64,000 nucleotides of DNA from a candidate division WWE3 bacterium (GTDB lineage Bacteria; Patescibacteriota; WWE3; UBA101185; UBA10185), in the NCBI GenBank assembly GCA_052035175.1, contig JBPOHV010000001.1, forward strand, positions 297,569 to 361,568, in the 5' to 3' direction. The notes below the pieces were generated by a model. The model was not told the origin of the DNA, searched no databases, and worked only from the letters and a program-made list of their open reading frames with translations. Of the stretch, positions 57,673 to 64,000 are shown piece after piece. Position 1 is the first letter of the stretch, and the number at the start of each line of letters is the position of its first letter. The position numbers and the translations under genes are program-made.

Positions 57673-59145
57673 ATGCAACATAAATCTTTAATCTTATGGC
57701 AAATAGTCAGCTTGATATCTCGCGGGTTGGCAATGGCTTTGGGTATTGCGCAAAGTATTGTATTGGTACGTATCCTAAGTGTTTCCGAGTGGGGATTAAA
57801 AGACATAGCTTTATCTGTAGGTGGTGCTTTGGGGATTTATCAACATTTGGGTTTATCTTCTGGTAGTGTAAGAGAAATCTCTTCAGCAAAAAATGATGCA
57901 GAAGTTTTTAAGATCTTTATTACGTCTGTCATTATACGTTATATAATTACTTTTCCTTTGGGTGTAGGTTTATTTATTTTTTCAAACCGCATAGCTATTG
58001 GCGTTTATAATAACCCAGATTTAGTCTTACCATTAAAATTGTACGCATTAGTTATACTCATTCAAGGGTTGCAAGGTTTGATGAATGCAGTTATATCTGG
58101 TCTCAAAAGATTTAAGCATTTATTCATTTATCAGGTTGTAATTTCTGTAGTAAGCTTACTTATTTTTATCCCATTAGTTTACATGTATCGTGTGCCAGGC
58201 TTCTTTTATGCTCTTGTTATTTTTAATGTCATAAGTACTGTGAGTTTAGCAGTACTGGCTTTTGCTCCATTGCGGGCAAGTCTTGTATTACCTAGCAAAG
58301 CAGATTTTGTACGTCTTTTTAAAGAAATCTTTTCGATTAGTATGGCAATTTATCTTGTAAAAATAATATATACAAATTGGGATAAGTTTGGTGGATATAC
58401 TTTGGGCGCTGTTACTACTCCAGAGATGGTAGGGTATTTTACATTCGCGATGCTGTTTGCAAAGAAAATAGTCAGCGTCTCAGATGCAGTTACTGATGTA
58501 AACTTGCCTGTCATGTCAGAGACATATTCTCAAAATGTAGCAGAGTTCAAAGATTTATTTAAGAAGAATTTTGATAAATTATTTTTATTTGTCATTATTT
58601 CATCTTCTGTTGCGGTATATTGGTCACCGGAGTTAATCGATTTAGCAGCTGGGGCAGGTAAGTATACCGCTTCATTTCCACTAATATTACCTTTGGTCGC
58701 TGCATCTGTGGCTTATTCACTTATGAATATTATTAAATCTAGCATTTATATACCTGCAAAACTGATTAAAGAAATGATTTTGAGTTTTGTCGTCTTACTT
58801 GGTGCTAGTGTTGTTAGCTTTGTGATCTTAAAATTTTCTGTAGGATTATTAACTGCTATGGCGTATGCTTTGTTGGTTGGCAGTATATTGGCGCTTTTAT
58901 TAATGTCATATTATTCTCAAAAAAAAGTTGCACTATCAATTTTTGATAAGCGCCATTTGTATTATGCAGTTCAAGCTTTAGCAGTGTGTTGTATGAGTAT
59001 TATTGGGGCGTTGTGGTTCAAGATATTAGTATTTGCTATTGCTTTACCTCTACTTGTTTTAGGTGCTTTTTTGTGCAACTTCATTTCTTATAGCGATATT
59101 ATAAAGATAAAAAATCTATTTACTACAAAGTTTAGAAAAGCATGA
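57673..59145 (+). CDS. Wzx/MOP-family oligosaccharide flippase
   Basis: About 12-14 hydrophobic segments; RILSVSEWG, LG, VGYF, LP pattern. Confidence 0.8.
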   Translation: MQHKSLILWQIVSLISRGLAMALGIAQSIVLVRILSVSEWGLKDIALSVGGALGIYQHLGLSSGSVREISSAKNDAEVFKIFITSVIIRYIITFPLGVGLFIFSNRIAIGVYNNPDLVLPLKLYALVILIQGLQGLMNAVISGLKRFKHLFIYQVVISVVSLLIFIPLVYMYRVPGFFYALVIFNVISTVSLAVLAFAPLRASLVLPSKADFVRLFKEIFSISMAIYLVKIIYTNWDKFGGYTLGAVTTPEMVGYFTFAMLFAKKIVSVSDAVTDVNLPVMSETYSQNVAEFKDLFKKNFDKLFLFVIISSSVAVYWSPELIDLAAGAGKYTASFPLILPLVAASVAYSLMNIIKSSIYIPAKLIKEMILSFVVLLGASVVSFVILKFSVGLLTAMAYALLVGSILALLLMSYYSQKKVALSIFDKRHLYYAVQALAVCCMSIIGALWFKILVFAIALPLLVLGAFLCNFISYSDIIKIKNLFTTKFRKA

Positions 59146-60011
59146 AAAAATATAAAACATTTATTAAGGTTTTTGTTAGTATAGGCTTACTAGTATATCT
59201 TTTTTTCACTGTAGATTTTGTATTGTTACTACAAAGTTTTAAAAGCTTCAACCCAGTCTATATTCCTGTTGTTTTACTTTTTTTGCTACTGAACTATGTT
59301 GTTAGTTCTATCAGGTGGAAATCACTTTTGATTTTTGAAAACACTCAAGATGTTAGTCTATTTTATTTGATCAAATTATATTTTATTGGTTCATTTTTCA
59401 ATAATTTTATGCCTACTAGTATAGGAGGCGATGTATATAAAATTTACGCTTTGGGAAAAAAGATAAACAATAACTCGCACGCATTCTCTGCAACTTTTAT
59501 GGAGAGGTTTACTGGCGTTTTGGCATTAGTTTTGATTTCTGTAGTTGCTACCATTAAGCAATATGGGTATTTAGGTGTTTTAGCATTTTTAGGGTTTTGG
59601 CTAGGTTTGTACTTTGGAGTAAAAGTTTTTTATATAGTATCCAAACGGGTGCAAAAGCTTTCGGGTATTCGAGAATCATTTGATGTATATAAAAATAACA
59701 GAACACTCCTTGTTACTGCGCTAGCCACTTCATTTATTATTCAAATAATTTCAATCCTCACCCAATATTTTATTATAGTTGCGCTTGGTTTAAATATTTC
59801 TATTGTATATGCATTTTTAGTTTTGCCTTTTATTACTCTCGCAAGTTTTATTATTCCTTCATTAAATGGTGTTGGTGTACAAGATAGTTTATATATAAGC
59901 TTATTAGGTTTATCTGCGGAAGCTGCGCTTAGTGCTTCGGTGATGTATCATTTGTTTAGATTAGTTATAAGTTTGATTGGCGGATTATTTTATGCGATTG
60001 ATAAAGAATAA
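59142..60011 (+). CDS. UPF0104 / lysylphosphatidylglycerol-synthase TM-domain (flippase-like) protein
   Basis: RWKSLL, FFNNFMPTSIGGD, ER, P.SLNGVGVQD. Confidence 0.85.
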   Translation: MKKYKTFIKVFVSIGLLVYLFFTVDFVLLLQSFKSFNPVYIPVVLLFLLLNYVVSSIRWKSLLIFENTQDVSLFYLIKLYFIGSFFNNFMPTSIGGDVYKIYALGKKINNNSHAFSATFMERFTGVLALVLISVVATIKQYGYLGVLAFLGFWLGLYFGVKVFYIVSKRVQKLSGIRESFDVYKNNRTLLVTALATSFIIQIISILTQYFIIVALGLNISIVYAFLVLPFITLASFIIPSLNGVGVQDSLYISLLGLSAEAALSASVMYHLFRLVISLIGGLFYAIDKE

Positions 60012-61542
60012 ATATGTAATCTTGGTAATATTACTTGTTACAACTCTCATTTCTGTTACTCAGTTTGGAATGCTAGGTAAAGAGGAAGTAAACCCAGACG
60101 CCATAAATTGGCACCAAAGGTCAGAGCAATTTACAAATGGTCTAAAATATTTTCAATTTTCAAAAACTTATCAACATTATCATCCTGGTGTGACTTTGAT
60201 GTGGCTAGCTGGACCAGTTATAGAGGTAACAAAACAATATTTGGGTCAGGCATACTTGACATCAAACTTTTTAGTTTTTCATACAAATGTAAAATTAATG
60301 CTCGTTGTAGTTAATATGGCATTGCTGAGTTTTCTCACATACCTCATTTATAAACTTACAGAGTCGAAAGTAGCTATTGTCTTTTTGAGTTTGCTTCTTT
60401 TTGAACCATTTTTTATAGCGAATACACGTATGTTTCATATGGATGCATTGTTTACCTTGTTGTGTGCGTTAGCTTTATCTAGTTATTATCTTTGGTTTAT
60501 AAAGCAACAAGTTATAACATGGTGGCAAGTTGTGGTTACAGCCTTATTGTTTTCAACAGCTTTATTGACTCGCAGCTTAGGTATTGGCATATTACTATAT
60601 GTTATAGGGATTACTTGTGTACTTATATACACCAAGTACATTAAATTTCAAAAACAGCATATTGTTTTGTTGCTATCTGTGATTGCATTTACTTTTTTGC
60701 TTTTTCCTGCACTTTGGGTTGCACCTATAACAACAATATCTGACATATTTTCTGAATCAGCGCGTATAGGTTTGCGAGATGGCCATAATCAAATCTTTTT
60801 TGGTAAAGCCACAAATGATCCTGGCTTATTATTTTATCCATTAGTTATATTTATGCGTATGTCGCCTATAATACTTTTTGGTGCTCTGATTTATCTATTT
60901 GTCACTATAATATCAAGATTCAAATATCAAGCGTCGAAACATAATTATTTTATTATATATCTCACGCTGTTTTATTTAGGTTATTTTATAGTAATGTCTC
61001 TCTCTTCAAAAAAGCTCGATAGATATATGCTTACTATTTTTCCATTTATATCGCTATTATCTGCTTACGGTTATATATGGGAATTTGAAAAATTATTCCC
61101 CAGGTTTAAAAAGGCTGTATTTATCATAATTTGTGGAGTTATCTCTTTTGCAACTTTACAAGTTATAAACTATTACCCATATTATTATACTTATACATCT
61201 CCTTTATTTGGCTCACCTGTCAGTGCCAACTCTGTGATTGGCATAAAATCTTTTGGCATCGCTGTACCAGAATTGCGTGATTATCTTTTGCAAAGGTATG
61301 GGCAAGTAAGTTTTGGATTTATAGATACAAAACCAATGAGAGCGATTTATTCAAATTCAAAAGTAAAAGACATGCGTATATCTAGCAGTAGCGATTATGA
61401 AATTGCAGTGTTGGCTATAAATGAGGAGTTTCCTGCCAATGTAAATCAGACTGAATTCACGTTTATAAAAGACACATCTATAATAGTAAATGGTTTGGAA
61501 TATTGGAGGATATATGTCAAAGACTATACAATCAATAAATAA
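59992..61542 (+). CDS. GT-C-fold (PMT_2/ArnT-like) glycosyltransferase
   Basis: NPDAINW, YHPGVTLMW, EPF, HMD, KKLDRY. Start likely ATG 59992. Confidence 0.75.
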   Translation: MRLIKNKYVILVILLVTTLISVTQFGMLGKEEVNPDAINWHQRSEQFTNGLKYFQFSKTYQHYHPGVTLMWLAGPVIEVTKQYLGQAYLTSNFLVFHTNVKLMLVVVNMALLSFLTYLIYKLTESKVAIVFLSLLLFEPFFIANTRMFHMDALFTLLCALALSSYYLWFIKQQVITWWQVVVTALLFSTALLTRSLGIGILLYVIGITCVLIYTKYIKFQKQHIVLLLSVIAFTFLLFPALWVAPITTISDIFSESARIGLRDGHNQIFFGKATNDPGLLFYPLVIFMRMSPIILFGALIYLFVTIISRFKYQASKHNYFIIYLTLFYLGYFIVMSLSSKKLDRYMLTIFPFISLLSAYGYIWEFEKLFPRFKKAVFIIICGVISFATLQVINYYPYYYTYTSPLFGSPVSANSVIGIKSFGIAVPELRDYLLQRYGQVSFGFIDTKPMRAIYSNSKVKDMRISSSSDYEIAVLAINEEFPANVNQTEFTFIKDTSIIVNGLEYWRIYVKDYTINK

Positions 61543-63088
61543 ACTTTTTACAAATCCCTTATTGTACATCTTTTTATTTGCACTTATTTTACGCCTTGTT
61601 GGTATAAATCACAGTTTACCTTTTGTTTTTCATCCAGATGAGCCTAGTGTTATACGCAGCGCGTTAGGTATCAGATTTGATAAAAACCCCGGGCACTTTG
61701 ATTGGCCGCATTTGTATTTCTATATTAATTACATTCTGTACATGCTTATTGCAAAATTTCGTGAGATTTTGTCTATATTAAATTTAAAAGAATCTTTTGA
61801 GTATTTTTGGAATGAACCTTCAATATTTTATTTAAGCACTCGGGTTGTTTCGGCTTTTATTGGTGCATTTACAATTTTTCCAATATTTTTTACTGGTAGA
61901 TATCTATTCTCAAAACGCGTTGGTCTGTTAGCTGCTTTTATATTTGCTACGATGCCGTTTCATGTTAGGCATTCTCACTATGCGTTAATAGATGTACCTA
62001 TGGTGTTTTTTTTGAGTTTTGCTATGTATTATTCTGCCAAGCTTTTAGTTCAAAAGAATTACAGTACATACATTTTGGCAGGTACATTTGTTGGACTAGC
62101 TGCTTCAACAAAATATAATGGTGGCCTGTCTGCTATCGCAGTTGTAATTGCACATTTATTTAGAACATTATCAGCAAAAGTAACAAGTGTTTATGATAGA
62201 TATCGCCTCAGGTCTTTTCTAAGCATACATATGTTTCCTTTATTTTTGGCTGGAATCTTTTCAATATTTGCATTTATTCTTTTTACGCCTTATGCAGTGT
62301 TAGATAACAAAGACTTTATCCGTACAGATAATGCTACTGGTGCTTTGTGGCAATTTACAAATGTTGGTTCTGTATCTTTAAGATCTTACCCGTCTCATTT
62401 ATCTCACACTTTGTTTTCTAAGTTACCAGCAGATATAGGATTGACTTATTGGTATATTTACTTTTTAGCCGCATTTTTTAGCTTGTACGGTGTACTTATT
62501 GCGCGAGTTATGAACGGCGTTGAAATAAAAGAGCAATCAAAAGTGCTATTTCTTGTAGTACCTTCGATTGTATTTATTTTATATATCTCAAAGTTTGATA
62601 CAGCAAGATCACATTATTTTATGATCGCGTATCCTTATGTTGCTATTTTATCTGCATATATGGTTTCCTTGCTTTTTGATGCTTTGCAGAAAAAGTCAAA
62701 GCTTTATGCGTATTGCTTAGCTATATTACTATTTTCAATTCCAGTATATTCAGCATGTCGTCAGTCATTAATTTTTTATAACGGTGATACACGAGCTGCT
62801 ATATACAAAGAGTTTTTTCCACGATTAACATTGAATAATACTCTTATATATACAGATGGTTCGCTTAATGAGATTGCGTATGCGTTGTCAAAAAATCCAT
62901 ATAAAGGAGTAGATTATGTCCAAACATTTGAGAAAGGCTATTTATTGGTTTTATATAATGTAAGCGCGCAAGAACTAATACAAACCCTACCGTGGGCAGA
63001 CGATTATGTTTTTAATTTAGAATCAGAGAAACCTGCTACACTTATGTTAGGCCCAAATGTAGCAATGTTTTCGTTTATAAAAAAATGA
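61514..63088 (+). CDS. GT-C-fold (GT39/ArnT-like) glycosyltransferase
   Basis: HPDE, PGHFDWP, SHYALIDVP, GLAASTKY. Start likely ATG 61514. Confidence 0.8.
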   Translation: MSKTIQSINKLFTNPLLYIFLFALILRLVGINHSLPFVFHPDEPSVIRSALGIRFDKNPGHFDWPHLYFYINYILYMLIAKFREILSILNLKESFEYFWNEPSIFYLSTRVVSAFIGAFTIFPIFFTGRYLFSKRVGLLAAFIFATMPFHVRHSHYALIDVPMVFFLSFAMYYSAKLLVQKNYSTYILAGTFVGLAASTKYNGGLSAIAVVIAHLFRTLSAKVTSVYDRYRLRSFLSIHMFPLFLAGIFSIFAFILFTPYAVLDNKDFIRTDNATGALWQFTNVGSVSLRSYPSHLSHTLFSKLPADIGLTYWYIYFLAAFFSLYGVLIARVMNGVEIKEQSKVLFLVVPSIVFILYISKFDTARSHYFMIAYPYVAILSAYMVSLLFDALQKKSKLYAYCLAILLFSIPVYSACRQSLIFYNGDTRAAIYKEFFPRLTLNNTLIYTDGSLNEIAYALSKNPYKGVDYVQTFEKGYLLVLYNVSAQELIQTLPWADDYVFNLESEKPATLMLGPNVAMFSFIKK

Positions 63089-64000
63089 ACTTAATAAAAA
63101 AGTTTTTGCAGTCTCATCTATATATCATCATATTAATCTCAGTTTTCTTTATATTCCATTTACCAAATCTTGGGCACGATTTCTTTAACACAGATGTTTG
63201 GAAGTGGAAGGCACGTAGCTATGATTTTGGTTCTGGTGTATTTAATCTTGATTTTGAACGAACTATCCAAAAGTATCACCCGGGTGTTACTTTGATGTGG
63301 CTTGGTGCTTTTGGAGTGAAAATAAATAATGTAATCTTAGATAACTTTGGTGCAGCATTTACTCAAGTACAGCAAATCTTTTTACTCGATTTTATACAGC
63401 GTTTTTTGATAATTGTTACTATATTTTGTTTAATTTATCTTTTGTATAAAAAGCTATCTTTTTTATTTAACCAAAAAATTGCTTTCTTGAGTGTTATTTT
63501 ACTCAGTATAGAGCCGTTTTATATCGCGCTTACTCGTGTTATGCATTTAGAAGGTTTGATGTCGACTTTTATGTTAGTTTCTGCGATATATCTGTTTAGT
63601 TATATATCTTCACACCAACAACAACCTCATACAAAAAAAACTGATTTGTATGTTTCTGCAATATTTGGTGCATTGGCGCTACTTACAAAAACTTCAGCAA
63701 TATATATAGTCTTATTTACATGCCTAAGCTTATTACTTTATATAGCCAAATCACCTTATACCTTACAAAAGTATAAGCAGCTATTTAAAGACTTTGGTAT
63801 TTGGTTTATTATTTGTGTTTTAACTGTTATAGCTTTGTGGCCTGGAATTTGGGTGAACCCATATTTGGTATTTCAAGTCTTGTTCAAAGGTATATACGAT
63901 GTTGGAATAGAAGGGGATCATATACAGTTTTATTTTGGAAAATTAGTAGATGACCCGGGTCTTACCTTTTATCCTGTTGTATTGTTCTTTAGAAGTTCGC
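63085..64000 (+). CDS. Partial GT-C-fold glycosyltransferase, paralog of the 59992 gene
   Basis: Not in the ORF track (runs off the window). MNLIKKFL...NTDVWKW...QKYHPGVTLMWL...EPFYIA...DDPGLTFYPVV. Confidence 0.8.
   Translation, partial: MNLIKKFLQSHLYIIILISVFFIFHLPNLGHDFFNTDVWKWKARSYDFGSGVFNLDFERTIQKYHPGVTLMWLGAFGVKINNVILDNFGAAFTQVQQIFLLDFIQRFLIIVTIFCLIYLLYKKLSFLFNQKIAFLSVILLSIEPFYIALTRVMHLEGLMSTFMLVSAIYLFSYISSHQQQPHTKKTDLYVSAIFGALALLTKTSAIYIVLFTCLSLLLYIAKSPYTLQKYKQLFKDFGIWFIICVLTVIALWPGIWVNPYLVFQVLFKGIYDVGIEGDHIQFYFGKLVDDPGLTFYPVVLFFRSS

Noticed and set aside
1-64000. Alternative genetic code (UGA=Gly, as in Gracilibacteria/Absconditabacteria)
   Set aside because: Conserved genes are full length in code 11, and several (serS, fusA, rpsJ, rplD) end at TGA at the expected positions.
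1-64000. tRNA or rRNA genes
   Set aside because: Intergenic gaps are short, and no cloverleaf or rRNA-like sequence was recognised by eye. A tRNAscan/Infernal run would be definitive.

Overview
This is an AT-rich bacterial window in standard code 11 (TGA is used as stop). It is most consistent with a Patescibacteria/CPR genome, probably Microgenomates/WWE3-like; this is inferred from the absence of rpmD/L30 in the spc operon, shortened or divergent core proteins, few SD motifs and many leaderless-type promoters. Layout: (1) 1-5309 is an accessory region downstream of rpsI. It holds two unrelated small genes with an identically spaced regulatory head (tandem GTCAC repeats, promoter, 5' hairpin, SD, terminator), divergent from a partial gene with a degenerate P-loop. 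It also holds a DUF3626/ART-like ORF, radC plus a TasA/SipW-type secreted protein, an XRE regulator and a DUF5677-like protein. (2) The infA-rpmJ-rpsMKD-rpoA-rplQ-rplM-rpsI cluster lies on the minus strand. (3) serS has an atypical Ser(AGC) T-box, followed by uppP, secA, a HAD phosphatase lacking a canonical start, and yvcK. (4) A peptidoglycan operon reads murE-mraY-hydrolase-murF-PLP enzyme-femAB, then lepB. (5) The rpoBC-str-S10-spc superoperon carries striking substitutions: EF-G G4 NKIN and G5 GDG, a Pol II-like trigger loop, a remodelled rifamycin pocket and an internally deleted L3. (6) A >17 kb polyprenyl-phosphate-sugar/GT-C glycosylation cluster runs off the right edge. No rRNA, tRNA, CRISPR or transposase was seen. 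All product calls come from motif recognition by eye, without database searches.
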